DNA of 64,000 nucleotides from an uncultured virus (IMG/VR IMGVR_UViG_3300046468_001198) (IMGVR_UViG_3300046468_001198), one strand, 5' to 3'. Numbered from the stretch's first letter, positions 1 to 8,463 are shown. The notes: a model not told the origin generated them from the sequence alone. Program-made: numbers and translations.

Positions 1-1245
1 AGTACCGTCTTGATTTTGTGTAATTGCATCTGCTCGCACCTCTACAAGATTGCCAATAAGAGCATCACGATTATTCCAATAGTCGTCCCTATGAACATCA
101 GTGAAGCCACTACCGACATTAACGCTAATAGTCTTACCGTCGTCGACTCCGTTGCAGACAATCGCTCCAAGTCTGCCTTCATTACGGCCAGTACCTTCTT
201 CAACATCTACTACCTCCAATGTTACTTCTATAAATGGTTTTGCCTTTAGCCAAGCGTGTGTACGCTTACATTCGTATGGTGCATCAGTGTCCTTAATCAT
301 AACACCTTCATAACCACCGTCTACAGCCGCTTTATTTAACGCTACAAAGCGTTCTTGACCTTCGGGTGTGTCCAAGTCAACATCTTCCCAATCCAACGCT
401 TGTACGTGCGCTAAGGCGTCTTGATGATCACGTACCCAATGGTTAGTAATAAGGCTCCTAAAGCTCTGTGGCTTGTCCCAACTACCTGCTTTGAAACAAC
501 CTAATGGAATAGTATCAAACAAGTGTAGTACAGCATCAGTTGATTGCTTACCGTCTTTACGATGCACTTGCTTCATAAGGTCTTGGAAGTTAGCACTCAT
601 TACTTCTCCGTCTAGTACAAGCGGATAAGGCACAGGGTGTTCTTTAATTACTGCTTCAATCTCTGCAATGATGTGACCAAAGTTGTGAAACTGTTTACCG
701 TTACGACTAAACATCTCAACCTTATCACCTTGAATAACTGTAAGTACACGAACACCGTCTAGTTTAATTTCAATTTGCTTTTTACCAACCATCTTCTTTT
801 CGTGGTTAGCAGAGTCATGTGCTAGACTACAAGTAAACATAGGTACTGTACCTGGTGCAATCTTGTTTACAGTTTTTTCTGAAACGCCGCAACGCAAATC
901 CTTGATAAGAATCCTACGGTACCATCCGTTCCATTGTTCTTCAGTAGCAGTATCTTTACACAAAATAATTGCATCACGAGCGGCGTGACCAGTAAGGCTA
1001 CGGTCTTGTAACTTACGGCACAATTCTTTGAACACGGGCCATTCAAGACCTTGACCACTTAGTACATCTGAACGTTCAGGCACTTGCTTAACTCCAAATG
1101 TAACAAGTGGGTCAAGGGCCATTGTAAGACCTTCAAAGAACTCTGGAAGTCCTTCCTCGTGTGCTTCTTTTAGAATTGCTTCTTTTGCAAGTCGACTATT
1201 GTCTGCTTCTAAACGTGCAATAATGTCCTGTGGTTGTGTTCTCAT
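1..1245 (-). CDS. lig: ATP-dependent DNA ligase (3' end runs off the window)
   Basis: Absent from ORF track; manual translation from ATG at 1245: MRTQPQDIIARLEADNSRLAKEAIL...IEIKLDGVRV...FSRNGK...VLDGEVM...GGYEGVMIKD...WLKAKPFIEVTL, i.e. ligase motifs I, III, IV, V followed by OB domain. Confidence 0.92.
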   Translation of the reverse strand, partial: MRTQPQDIIARLEADNSRLAKEAILKEAHEEGLPEFFEGLTMALDPLVTFGVKQVPERSDVLSGQGLEWPVFKELCRKLQDRSLTGHAARDAIILCKDTATEEQWNGWYRRILIKDLRCGVSEKTVNKIAPGTVPMFTCSLAHDSANHEKKMVGKKQIEIKLDGVRVLTVIQGDKVEMFSRNGKQFHNFGHIIAEIEAVIKEHPVPYPLVLDGEVMSANFQDLMKQVHRKDGKQSTDAVLHLFDTIPLGCFKAGSWDKPQSFRSLITNHWVRDHQDALAHVQALDWEDVDLDTPEGQERFVALNKAAVDGGYEGVMIKDTDAPYECKRTHAWLKAKPFIEVTLEVVDVEEGTGRNEGRLGAIVCNGVDDGKTISVNVGSGFTDVHRDDYWNNRDALIGNLVEVRADAITQNQDGT

Positions 1246-1526
1246 ATCTGTTTGCCTTCTTTGCCTGTTATTGTGTACATTTTAGTTAGTATAGCATCAA
1301 CTTCTTCACTTGTCAAGAAGCCTTTTACTGTATCACCAGGCTGGGTAATACCAGGAAGTTCGGTTTGTTCACCATCTTTGAATACAGCAATTTCAAACAA
1401 GCCCTGTTTGTTGCCGTATGACGCTTCGTTGTTAACGATGCTAAGTTCATACTTACCAAAGTTAACAATAGCTTGTACACCTTTTGGTACATCAGTTTCC
1501 AATAATTGAAAGTCCTTCAGTTTCAT
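1242..1526 (-). CDS. hypothetical phage protein
   Basis: 94 aa ORF, ATGA overlap with ligase start. Confidence 0.75.
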   Translation of the reverse strand: MKLKDFQLLETDVPKGVQAIVNFGKYELSIVNNEASYGNKQGLFEIAVFKDGEQTELPGITQPGDTVKGFLTSEEVDAILTKMYTITGKEGKQI

Positions 1527-1686
1527 AATATTCTGGCTCCATATCTAAGTTCTTGTGGTAATCAAATACGTCCCATCCTTGTAAAGCATACCACGTTGCT
1601 TTTTTGGGTGTGGCAAGGACAATATGTCTTTCAACGATTTTACCGTTCTTCCACTTTTCTAATTCGTACATACGATGTTCAATCAT
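1492..1686 (-). CDS. hypothetical protein
   Basis: ORF in the minus-strand gene chain; start uncertain. Confidence 0.55.
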   Translation of the reverse strand: MIEHRMYELEKWKNGKIVERHIVLATPKKATWYALQGWDVFDYHKNLDMEPEYYETEGLSIIGN

Positions 1687-1831
1687 CCCAATCTATTCTG
1701 TTATACTTAGGTTTCTTCTTAACCTTGTTTTTAATTACCTTTGGACGAAAAGGTCCGTCTAAATCACGAACTTGTTTTGCTACCCAATTCCTAACCTTAG
1801 GTGCTTGAGGGCGCCTAACCTTCTTAGCCAT
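1679..1831 (-). CDS. small basic protein (50 aa)
   Basis: Manual: MAKKVRRPQAPKVRNWVAKQVRDLDGPFRPKVIKNKVKKKPKYNRIDWDD; TGATG coupling to upstream gene. Confidence 0.65.
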   Translation of the reverse strand: MAKKVRRPQAPKVRNWVAKQVRDLDGPFRPKVIKNKVKKKPKYNRIDWDD

Positions 1832-2349
1832 CACGCCCTCAAACTATCTATGTCTATCGGAGTAAAGTTGATCTGCTCAACACAAACACACTTGTAAGGT
1901 CCTTCGGGTGAAGGATTAGTGTGGATATGTCCGTGTACGTTCAACAAGTCGCCGTCACCAAACCTATGCTTCTCAGCAAGTGTGCTAGGGTGCAAAGGTG
2001 TGTGAGTAAAGATTAAACCTTTATCACTCATATCAATCCATAACTGGATATCTTTGAAGAACGGTGCAAGGTGCTTTACATTGTCGTGGTTACCAAGAAC
2101 AAGTCTTTTCTTACCAGGCAACTTTGCAAAGTTTGCTGTTAACCAATCAACTTTGTCCATACCAAAAAGAACGTCACCACAGTGAATAACAGTGTCGTTA
2201 GGACCAACTGTATCGTTCCAGTTGTCTAACATACACTGGTTCATTTGATCAACACTATCAAACTCTCTACACGGCTTACCAACGTAATCCTTAAAGTCAA
2301 GGATGTTTGCGTGGTTAAAGTGTGTGTCACTGATTACGAATATTGCCAT
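1831..2349 (-). CDS. calcineurin-like metallophosphoesterase
   Basis: Motifs SDTHF, CGD, GNHD, TH, HGHIH. Confidence 0.9.
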   Translation of the reverse strand: MAIFVISDTHFNHANILDFKDYVGKPCREFDSVDQMNQCMLDNWNDTVGPNDTVIHCGDVLFGMDKVDWLTANFAKLPGKKRLVLGNHDNVKHLAPFFKDIQLWIDMSDKGLIFTHTPLHPSTLAEKHRFGDGDLLNVHGHIHTNPSPEGPYKCVCVEQINFTPIDIDSLRA

Positions 2350-2383
2350 AGCCTTATGCCCTTGTGTGCCTAATTATACAACT

Positions 2384-2412
2384 ATTATACGACATATTTG
2401 ATACTATGTCAA
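2384..2412 (-). promoter_or_regulatory. sigma70-type early promoter
   Basis: TTGACA(2412-2407)-17 nt-TATAAT(2389-2384). Confidence 0.85.
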
Positions 2413-2419
2413 CCGAAAA

Positions 2420-2493
2420 TGGACACTAAGGCCGGAATCGAACCGGCGTACACGGAGTTGCAGTCCGTTGCATAGCCACTCTGCCACTTAGTG
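2420..2493 (-). tRNA. tRNA-Cys(GCA)
   Basis: Cloverleaf, anticodon loop CT-GCA-AC, GTTCGA T-loop, U discriminator, encoded CCA. Confidence 0.95.
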
Positions 2494-2494
2494 T

Positions 2495-2569
2495 TGGCTG
2501 GGGAAGTAGGATTCGAACCTACGATCTACTGTATCAAAAACAGTCGTCCTACCTCTAGACTATTCCCCA
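2495..2569 (-). tRNA. tRNA-Gln(TTG)
   Basis: Acceptor TGGGGAA/TTCCCCA, loop TT-TTG-AT, encoded CCA. Confidence 0.95.
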
Positions 2570-2574
2570 GTAAT

Positions 2575-2648
2575 TGGCATCGGTGGAGGGAGTCGAACCC
2601 CCGCTTGCGGTTTTGGAGACCGCCGTGCTACCATAACACTTCACCGAC
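2575..2648 (-). tRNA. tRNA-Trp(CCA)
   Basis: Loop CT-CCA-AA, GTTCGA, G discriminator, encoded CCA. Confidence 0.95.
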
Positions 2649-2683
2649 AAAAAAAGCCCCTAATGAATTAACACTAGGGGCTT
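2649..2683 (-). terminator. intrinsic terminator (attenuator) abutting the tRNA-Trp 5' end
   Basis: GCCCCTAGTG-TTAATT-CATTAGGGGC followed by T7. Confidence 0.9.
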
Positions 2684-2712
2684 GCTTAAAATAACTTTTT
2701 TATAAAGTCGCG

Positions 2713-2781
2713 TTAAGACATACCCCTTCCATGTATTGGGCACCAATTCTGTAATGACGATTGTTGTACAGTTCTTAACAC
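2713..2781 (-). CDS. putative attenuator leader peptide (22 aa, MLRTVQQSSLQNWCPIHGRGMS)
   Basis: GTG start 8 nt after AAGGA SD; stop codon lies inside a segment complementary to the terminator 5' arm. Confidence 0.75.
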   Translation of the reverse strand: MLRTVQQSSLQNWCPIHGRGMS

Positions 2782-2807
2782 GTTAGTATTCCTTATTTCT
2801 TATTATG

Positions 2808-2841
2808 TATTTATAATACACTCTTTATTCTGTTATGTCAA
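2808..2841 (-). promoter_or_regulatory. composite promoter: sigma70 TTGACA-17-TATTAT overlapping TATAAATA late-type box
   Basis: TTGACA 2841-2836, TATTAT 2818-2813, TATAAATA 2815-2808. Confidence 0.8.
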
Positions 2842-2998
2842 CATCTTTTTTATCTACTCTGCCTTTTTTCCCGCAGTGTGGACAATGAAATGTTGTTCGT
2901 TCAATGCAATACTTATCTTCCATTGTAGCATATGTAAACCAATTGCTACAACCCTTGCACGTTAAATGCCAAATTATTTCTTTGACTGCACTAAACAT
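2825..2998 (-). CDS. small zinc-ribbon protein (57 aa)
   Basis: Manual: MFSAVKEIIWHLTCKGCSNWF...FHCPHCGKKG; two CxxC. Confidence 0.75.
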   Translation of the reverse strand: MFSAVKEIIWHLTCKGCSNWFTYATMEDKYCIERTTFHCPHCGKKGRVDKKDVDITE

Positions 2999-3014
2999 TG
3001 TAAAAGTATTTAGC

Positions 3015-3173
3015 CTACTCCGGTGTTACCCAAGGATAACAAGGAATAATACTCTGCTTACAATATTTTGCATTGTCTACCATTAATAACGGAATGCCTA
3101 CAATAAAGAAAGCAATGATAAGGAATGCTGGTAACAATCCTTTTGTGGTACAATAATTAGTTTGTTCACTCAT
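3015..3173 (-). CDS. small membrane protein (52 aa)
   Basis: Manual: MSEQTNYCTTKGLLPAFLIIAFFIVGIPLLMVDNAKYCKQSIIPCYPWVTPE; ATGA overlap. Confidence 0.7.
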   Translation of the reverse strand: MSEQTNYCTTKGLLPAFLIIAFFIVGIPLLMVDNAKYCKQSIIPCYPWVTPE

Positions 3174-3475
3174 TCGTGTTCACCACCGTATCCACGTGAA
3201 TTAATACCGTTGTCTCTACGGAATGCTTTTGGATTGCGTTTAGCTGTTTCGAATGTTGCTACTGTGATTGCGATAGCACCTAGTAATAATGTATGTAGCA
3301 TCATACTAAACACTCCTGCCCACATACTACCTACAATAATAGCAAATACAATACACCACATCCATGCAAGGACTTGCATAATCATATGTCGTGTACTGAA
3401 GTCTGGAATGTTACTCAGCGGATTCATATTATGATCCATTACTACATTCCAACAATTGAATACCCATTCTCTCAT
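3170..3475 (-). CDS. hypothetical membrane protein
   Basis: Two hydrophobic segments, AAGGA SD. Confidence 0.8.
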   Translation of the reverse strand: MREWVFNCWNVVMDHNMNPLSNIPDFSTRHMIMQVLAWMWCIVFAIIVGSMWAGVFSMMLHTLLLGAIAITVATFETAKRNPKAFRRDNGINSRGYGGEHE

Positions 3476-3497
3476 CTTAGGGTCCTTTCTTTTTGTT

Positions 3498-3582
3498 TGG
3501 TGCGCCTGGAGGGACTTGAACCCCCACGCCGTAAAGCACTAGAACCTAAATCTAGCGTGTCTACCAATTTCACCACAGGCGC
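3498..3582 (-). tRNA. tRNA-Leu(TAG)
   Basis: Long variable arm, loop TT-TAG-GT, encoded CCA. Confidence 0.95.
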
Positions 3583-3589
3583 AATAATA

Positions 3590-3665
3590 TGGTGCCGGCA
3601 CCAAGATTCGAACTCGGGACCTACTGATTACAAATCAGTTGCTCTACCAACTGAGCTATGCCGGC
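3590..3665 (-). tRNA. tRNA-Thr(TGT)
   Basis: Canonical D arm, loop TT-TGT-AA, encoded CCA. Confidence 0.95.
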
Positions 3666-3832
3666 GTTTGACTTATTATAGTATCACGTATGATATCTTC
3701 GTACACACCATTTTCACACAATACTACTATTCGATCACTGTTCTCGTTTATTGGAATTATTTTACCAGTAACTTCTAATTCTTTACCAGTCTTCCAATGC
3801 CTATAAACAACTTTTACAACAGGATTATTCAT
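3656..3832 (-). CDS. hypothetical protein (58 aa); stop overlaps the tRNA-Thr 5' end
   Basis: Manual: MNNPVVKVVYRHWKTGKELEVTGKIIPINENSDRIVVLCENGVYEDIIRDTIISQTPA. Confidence 0.6.
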   Translation of the reverse strand: MNNPVVKVVYRHWKTGKELEVTGKIIPINENSDRIVVLCENGVYEDIIRDTIISQTPA

Positions 3833-3837
3833 ATTTT

Positions 3838-3987
3838 TTATCTGCGTTTATTCGCTTTCTTTTCAAGTGCGGCTCTACGTTTTAACGTATGTTCCATAGG
3901 TCCACTATTTAGTTTTTCAACGTTTGCTTTTATCTGAGCTACTGCACCTGCAATAATTGCTTCACGTTGTTCTTTTGTTTGTCGCAT
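3838..3987 (-). CDS. small basic hypothetical protein
   Basis: MRQTKEQ start with AGGAG SD; the longer track start lies inside tRNA-Gly. Confidence 0.65.
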   Translation of the reverse strand: MRQTKEQREAIIAGAVAQIKANVEKLNSGPMEHTLKRRAALEKKANKRR

Positions 3988-4005
3988 AATGCGACTCCTT
4001 TCTTT

Positions 4006-4079
4006 TGGAGCGGGTGAGGAGAATCGAACTCCTATCATTAGCTTGGAAGGCTAAGGTCTTACCATTACACAACACCCGC
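4006..4079 (-). tRNA. tRNA-Gly(TCC)
   Basis: GCGGGTG acceptor, loop CT-TCC-AA, U discriminator, CCA. Confidence 0.95.
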
Positions 4080-4083
4080 TTCT

Positions 4084-4173
4084 TGGCGGAAGATGTAGGA
4101 TTCGAACCCACGGTACGCTCTCACGTACAACGGATTAGTAATCCGCCGCTTTAAACCACTCAGCCAATCTTCC
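4084..4173 (-). tRNA. tRNA-Ser(ACT), rare A34 anticodon
   Basis: Long variable arm, G discriminator, stem GCGGA/TCCGT with loop TT-ACT-AA, CCA. Confidence 0.9.
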
Positions 4174-4191
4174 AGCTTATTACTTATACTA

Positions 4192-4521
4192 CTACGTTTT
4201 TGTATTATTGTCAACTGAAAAGTTATCTAACACTGTAACTTTTTTGACTCTATCATAACGGAAACTACGAAAACCTTTAGACTCGATAGCCCATACTGCA
4301 ACAACAGCATCAGATATCTCTCGAACTTTCTTTTGAGTAATTGCATCGTCTTTGCGAGCGGGCGGAAGGTACGATTCGACAAGCGTACAGGGCATTATAC
4401 GCTCATCGCCATTTAATTTGGTAAACGTAACTTCCACCACGTTTTCTTTTAACAACTTTAACAGTTCGTTTCTAGTAGGAATGCCTTTAAGGTCGGCAAC
4501 TTTATCTGCAACTTGGTTCAT
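4192..4521 (-). CDS. SH3/WYL_2-like (DUF2693-type) phage protein
   Basis: VEVTFTKLNGDERIMPCTL...VWAIESKGFRSFRYD motif; GAGGA SD before MNQVAD. Confidence 0.8.
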   Translation of the reverse strand: MNQVADKVADLKGIPTRNELLKLLKENVVEVTFTKLNGDERIMPCTLVESYLPPARKDDAITQKKVREISDAVVAVWAIESKGFRSFRYDRVKKVTVLDNFSVDNNTKT

Positions 4522-4709
4522 AGTTCCTCCACAATACCTAAAACTTCTGCGGCAATTAATAATCCGCCACTTGCCATAATCCATGTACCCCACTCTTCAA
4601 GGTACCAGCCGCCTATCATTAATGCAATACCTGCGGCTATACGTACTGCACTTTTTACAAGACTCACATAAAAGTGAAACTTGCCTGGATCTTTACTTGC
4701 TACTTCCAT
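4518..4709 (-). CDS. small membrane protein
   Basis: Two hydrophobic helices, ends AEVLGIVEEL. Confidence 0.75.
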   Translation of the reverse strand: MEVASKDPGKFHFYVSLVKSAVRIAAGIALMIGGWYLEEWGTWIMASGGLLIAAEVLGIVEEL

Positions 4710-5326
4710 TATCTTTTCTCTACTACTTTATCAGCAAGTCCATTTTCTACTGCTTCTTGCGCTGTCAAGAAAGTATCAAACTTCATTGTTTCAAACAGTT
4801 CTTCATAGGACTTACCTGCGGTATTGTGTTTGACATACAATTCTGTAAGACGCTTGTTAATTTTTTGTGACTCTTCATAATGTCGATTGATGTCTTCAAT
4901 TTGTAGTTCTTGAATATGTACACTACCACTTGTACCTGGTGTGCCTGAACTTACTCTATGAATCATTGTACGACTTTCGGGCAGTACAATACGCTTACCT
5001 GCTGTACCTGCTTGTGCTAGGAACGAACCCATTGAACATGCTTGACCCATTACAATAGTTTTAACATCACATTTGATGTATTGCATTGTATCATAGATCG
5101 CAAGTCCGGCTGTTACTTGCCCACCAGGTGAATTAATATATAAGTTAATATCCTTGTCAGGATTTTCACTCTCCAAATAAAGCATTTGTGCAACGACTAC
5201 ATTAGCCATTACATCTTCAACTGGACCATTAAGCATAATAATGCGGTCCTTCATTAGACGACTATAAATGTCCCAAGAGCGTTCGCCTCGACTCTCCTGT
5301 TCTACTACCATTGGAATTAAAGGCAT
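4709..5326 (-). CDS. clpP: ATP-dependent Clp protease proteolytic subunit
   Basis: [26 protein letters not shown] (catalytic Ser), MIH. Confidence 0.95.
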   Translation of the reverse strand: MPLIPMVVEQESRGERSWDIYSRLMKDRIIMLNGPVEDVMANVVVAQMLYLESENPDKDINLYINSPGGQVTAGLAIYDTMQYIKCDVKTIVMGQACSMGSFLAQAGTAGKRIVLPESRTMIHRVSSGTPGTSGSVHIQELQIEDINRHYEESQKINKRLTELYVKHNTAGKSYEELFETMKFDTFLTAQEAVENGLADKVVEKR

Positions 5327-6045
5327 TATATTTCTCCTATTTTATTTTGTTGGATTAATTTTAATAATTTCTTATTGTACTTTTTTCTTAAGAAACTATC
5401 ATACATTTGTTTTAGAGGTTGTGTTTTTGCATTTTTAAAACTTACGCAACGAGCCATTATTGTGTTTATATCTGGTGTGTTTTCAAACTCATACATGTTT
5501 ACTTTTTCGTTAGTATGAAGTCTTAAATAACTGTACACATCACCTCGATTAAAATCAATAACAACTTCTTTATCTGTAGAGTTGATACGAAATGCAAGAT
5601 TTATTGGTCTAAACCATTTTCCTATATCAAATTGACCTTGTAATACGTTTGCGTTTTGTGTTAAGCTATTACTGTGTAGATAAGGATGTACTTGCTCTGC
5701 TACACACGACTTGTCTGCAAAAAATAATGTTCCTAAGTGTAACTGTAACACTCCGCTATTATCGTAAGGTGGAGTAAGATATGTTTTTACAAACTCAGGT
5801 CGATTTGATTCTATATTCCAAGTTTGTGTGTTTATCTTAAGTGTAAAATCAAAAGGAAATCTAAGTGCATATGTATTTCTAATAGTGCCAGTAAACGCTG
5901 GACATTGTACATAGTCACTTAGTTTCATCTTTTCTGGTATATGTTTACCTAACAACTCTGGCGGTAGATATGCCATAGACATATCTTGCTTGACATTGAC
6001 ACTGTCTTGCAATACTGCTTCATCGTTAGTGTAATATACCTTCAA
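5326..6045 (-). CDS. hypothetical protein
   Basis: 239 aa ORF, TTG start, coupled to clpP. Confidence 0.75.
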   Translation of the reverse strand: MKVYYTNDEAVLQDSVNVKQDMSMAYLPPELLGKHIPEKMKLSDYVQCPAFTGTIRNTYALRFPFDFTLKINTQTWNIESNRPEFVKTYLTPPYDNSGVLQLHLGTLFFADKSCVAEQVHPYLHSNSLTQNANVLQGQFDIGKWFRPINLAFRINSTDKEVVIDFNRGDVYSYLRLHTNEKVNMYEFENTPDINTIMARCVSFKNAKTQPLKQMYDSFLRKKYNKKLLKLIQQNKIGEI

Positions 6046-6047
6046 GA

Positions 6048-6278
6048 TTAAAAACCTCGTTGTTTGTTAATTACACGTTGAGTTGGTCCAGCCGTAGTAA
6101 ACTCCATGCCGTGTGCGTTGCCCACATATACTTTCCCGTTCCAACGCATATGAATCTTATTAGTTGCAATAAATGCATCTAGTGATTTGTGTTCTTGTAT
6201 ATTATCAACTTCAGCTTCAACTGCAACTTCACTACGTGTGTTAGTTAGCATTGCTGTTTTTTCATATATTATATTCAT
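6048..6278 (-). CDS. hypothetical protein
   Basis: ORF chain, ATGA overlap. Confidence 0.75.
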   Translation of the reverse strand: MNIIYEKTAMLTNTRSEVAVEAEVDNIQEHKSLDAFIATNKIHMRWNGKVYVGNAHGMEFTTAGPTQRVINKQRGF

Positions 6279-6517
6279 TTTTTTCCTAACAGTTTAAGGT
6301 TTAATACAAAGTTCTCTACTAATAGTTTAACAATAATTGCGCCATCTGTCAAGTGATTTCTTTCCATTTCTAAAACATGGGCTGCCATCATTACGTATGC
6401 TTGGTCTTCTGAGATGTTTAAATCGCCCCAATCAATAGGATCCATTGTTTCACCTTCTTTAGCAAGCATAACTAAATTTGCTATTGCTTCGTTTGTTATT
6501 TCAAACATATCGCTCAT
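6275..6517 (-). CDS. hypothetical protein
   Basis: ORF chain, ATGA overlap. Confidence 0.75.
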   Translation of the reverse strand: MSDMFEITNEAIANLVMLAKEGETMDPIDWGDLNISEDQAYVMMAAHVLEMERNHLTDGAIIVKLLVENFVLNLKLLGKK

Positions 6518-6765
6518 TTATTATCCTCGGGTAATTTAATTACCCTGTTTTCATTATTGGCAATCATTTCTTCTTTTATGTCGTATACAGTTTCTGTTTT
6601 TATCATACTAATAATTGTATTTGTAAGATCAACTTCTCTACGTAACCAACCAATCTTACGTTGTAGTTCTTCTAATTCTTTTAGATAGAAATCAAGTTCT
6701 TGTTCTTTACGTAACTTTTGTTCAATAAAGTCTGTAATAAGAATAAGTTTCGCTTCTTGTTCCAA
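6514..6765 (-). CDS. hypothetical coiled-coil protein
   Basis: ORF chain, heptad-like pattern. Confidence 0.75.
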   Translation of the reverse strand: MEQEAKLILITDFIEQKLRKEQELDFYLKELEELQRKIGWLRREVDLTNTIISMIKTETVYDIKEEMIANNENRVIKLPEDNK

Positions 6766-6766
6766 C

Positions 6767-6964
6767 TCACTTCAACTCCTCTTGTTGTGTTGCTATGCAT
6801 ATTCCTTGCATTCCGGGTAAAAAATATCCAGTTCGATCGGAACCTGTTTGTCTTGCAAGGTCTTCTCTTGCATAAAAGCAGTCATACATAGAATCAAACT
6901 CTCCAATATAATCTGAGTTTGATTCTCCGTTAGTAATGAAAATTAATACTAATACCCACTTCAT
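6767..6964 (-). CDS. small putative exported protein
   Basis: MKWVLVLIFI start, two Cys; ATGA overlap. Confidence 0.7.
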   Translation of the reverse strand: MKWVLVLIFITNGESNSDYIGEFDSMYDCFYAREDLARQTGSDRTGYFLPGMQGICIATQQEELK

Positions 6965-7197
6965 TGATTTATGTACTCCGGCCATTGACGAGAAAATGCA
7001 TCTGCGTCCTGTTTGTATTCAAAATGAAATGTGTCTTCATATACGTTAGTATATTCTGATATGTCCCATTGTTGAGGCATCATTTGCACTTTACAATATT
7101 CTTTACCTTGGCGTCTTAGGTCACTGTGTAGTCTTACACTGTGAGCACCTTTACGTTGCCAACGTTTTTTATATTCAAAAATTTCTATAGGTTGCAT
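6961..7197 (-). CDS. hypothetical protein
   Basis: ORF chain, TAATG coupling. Confidence 0.75.
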   Translation of the reverse strand: MQPIEIFEYKKRWQRKGAHSVRLHSDLRRQGKEYCKVQMMPQQWDISEYTNVYEDTFHFEYKQDADAFSRQWPEYINQ

Positions 7198-7409
7198 TAG
7201 TGATACACTCTAGGTCCTTCGTCTTCATCAAATTCTGACGGATCAATTCCAAACACTGCAACACAGAGATCAACAATACTTTCAGGCACATCATCTTCGT
7301 CTGCGCCGTCAGGTATAAACAATCCTTTTAGTTTACCGTTTGAGTCAATAATTAAACCCCAATCATCGTCGTCGAGGGTTTCTTCGAAAGTAACTTTTTT
7401 ATTTTTCAT
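7197..7409 (-). CDS. acidic hypothetical protein
   Basis: ORF chain. Confidence 0.7.
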   Translation of the reverse strand: MKNKKVTFEETLDDDDWGLIIDSNGKLKGLFIPDGADEDDVPESIVDLCVAVFGIDPSEFDEDEGPRVYH

Positions 7410-7836
7410 AATGTTCTATCATATCCTCCAACTCTTTGATATAAAATTTGCCGTCTTTGATACGCATTGCAACGGCACCACCACTACTTTTAATATATGC
7501 TCTTCCACCGTCAATCATTTTATCACCTACAACTTTATAATCATGGTGTGATTGACTATAATAATACTTACCTTCTACTTCGATCATACCGAACTCAAGT
7601 GACTCTACGATATCAGCGTTTGTAATCATCATGTGTCCGCGCACATGATCGTGGTATAAACCAAAGTAACGATTGCCAAACTGAGGATGAGGTGTAGCTC
7701 TATAGTAAACGTCTACAGGCACATCACTTGCATTCAAGTCTGTAGTGCAAACATAGTGTACAGGCTCACCGTCTTTTTCAGTGTAGTGAGCTGTCACCTT
7801 TTCAATGTCAAATAAATTCTCGTGTTGTATATTCAT
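7399..7836 (-). CDS. hypothetical phage protein
   Basis: YSQSHHDY...IDGGRAY motif. Confidence 0.75.
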   Translation of the reverse strand: MNIQHENLFDIEKVTAHYTEKDGEPVHYVCTTDLNASDVPVDVYYRATPHPQFGNRYFGLYHDHVRGHMMITNADIVESLEFGMIEVEGKYYYSQSHHDYKVVGDKMIDGGRAYIKSSGGAVAMRIKDGKFYIKELEDMIEHYEK

Positions 7837-7838
7837 TT

Positions 7839-8267
7839 CTAATCCCATAAGTTTTCATAATATTTGCCAAAAAGTAGGAACCCGTTCGAAATGCGGTCTT
7901 GTTCTTTTTGTATTTCTTCTCGATCTTCAAATCGCATAATCACATCATCTTTGTTTGCTTTACAGTCAAAAGCATAGATCATTTCGTCCAAGACCCAATC
8001 CCAACGTTTAAAGAACTTATCGTCAGTCTCGCCGCCTTCGTTGTACAACTTTTGCCATTCTTCTGTATTAGTAGGATGCAACTCTTCTGGAACATCCTCT
8101 AGGTCAACACAAGGAGCACCGTGCGTTTCTTTTTTAAGTTGAATCAGCATAGGCAAGATAATAGGAGCAAGGGTATGATCCATACTCCAAGTGTCCCAAG
8201 GATCAATATGCACTTCTACTTTTTGATCTTCACCGTTGTCTGTGTATTCTTCGATATTAACTTTCAT
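7839..8267 (-). CDS. conserved T4-like hypothetical protein
   Basis: DTWSMDHTLAPIILPML...WDWVLDEMI...FGKYYENLWD. Confidence 0.8.
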   Translation of the reverse strand: MKVNIEEYTDNGEDQKVEVHIDPWDTWSMDHTLAPIILPMLIQLKKETHGAPCVDLEDVPEELHPTNTEEWQKLYNEGGETDDKFFKRWDWVLDEMIYAFDCKANKDDVIMRFEDREEIQKEQDRISNGFLLFGKYYENLWD

Positions 8268-8463
8268 ATGACCATTCCTTGATAGGTTCAAAACTTTCCG
8301 CAGGATCCATCATGTCAAACTTGCGAGGATAGTGCCTGAGTAGGTTACGTGCTTGTTTGCGAACTTCACTGGGTACTCGCGGTGTCTTCCTTGGATTACT
8401 TAGATCCATTAGAAATTGTTCTACATTTAGAACTGCATTTGTTCTTTCAATTGGTAGTGTCAT
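8257..8463 (-). CDS. BPSL0761-like small protein
   Basis: MTLPIERTNAV...PRVPSEVRKQARNLLRHYP pattern. Confidence 0.75.
   Translation of the reverse strand: MTLPIERTNAVLNVEQFLMDLSNPRKTPRVPSEVRKQARNLLRHYPRKFDMMDPAESFEPIKEWSYES

Noticed and set aside
2491..2694. ORF overlapping tRNA-Gln/Trp (likewise 3374-3778 over tRNA-Leu/Thr)
   Set aside because: Antisense translation of tRNA genes
3656..3832. Suspected frameshifted pseudogene between tRNA-Gly and tRNA-Thr
   Set aside because: Careful re-reading gives an intact 58-codon frame
3666..4215. Attenuators ahead of the Ser/Gly and Thr/Leu tRNA pairs
   Set aside because: Promoter-like boxes lie directly upstream; no leader ORF or terminator seen
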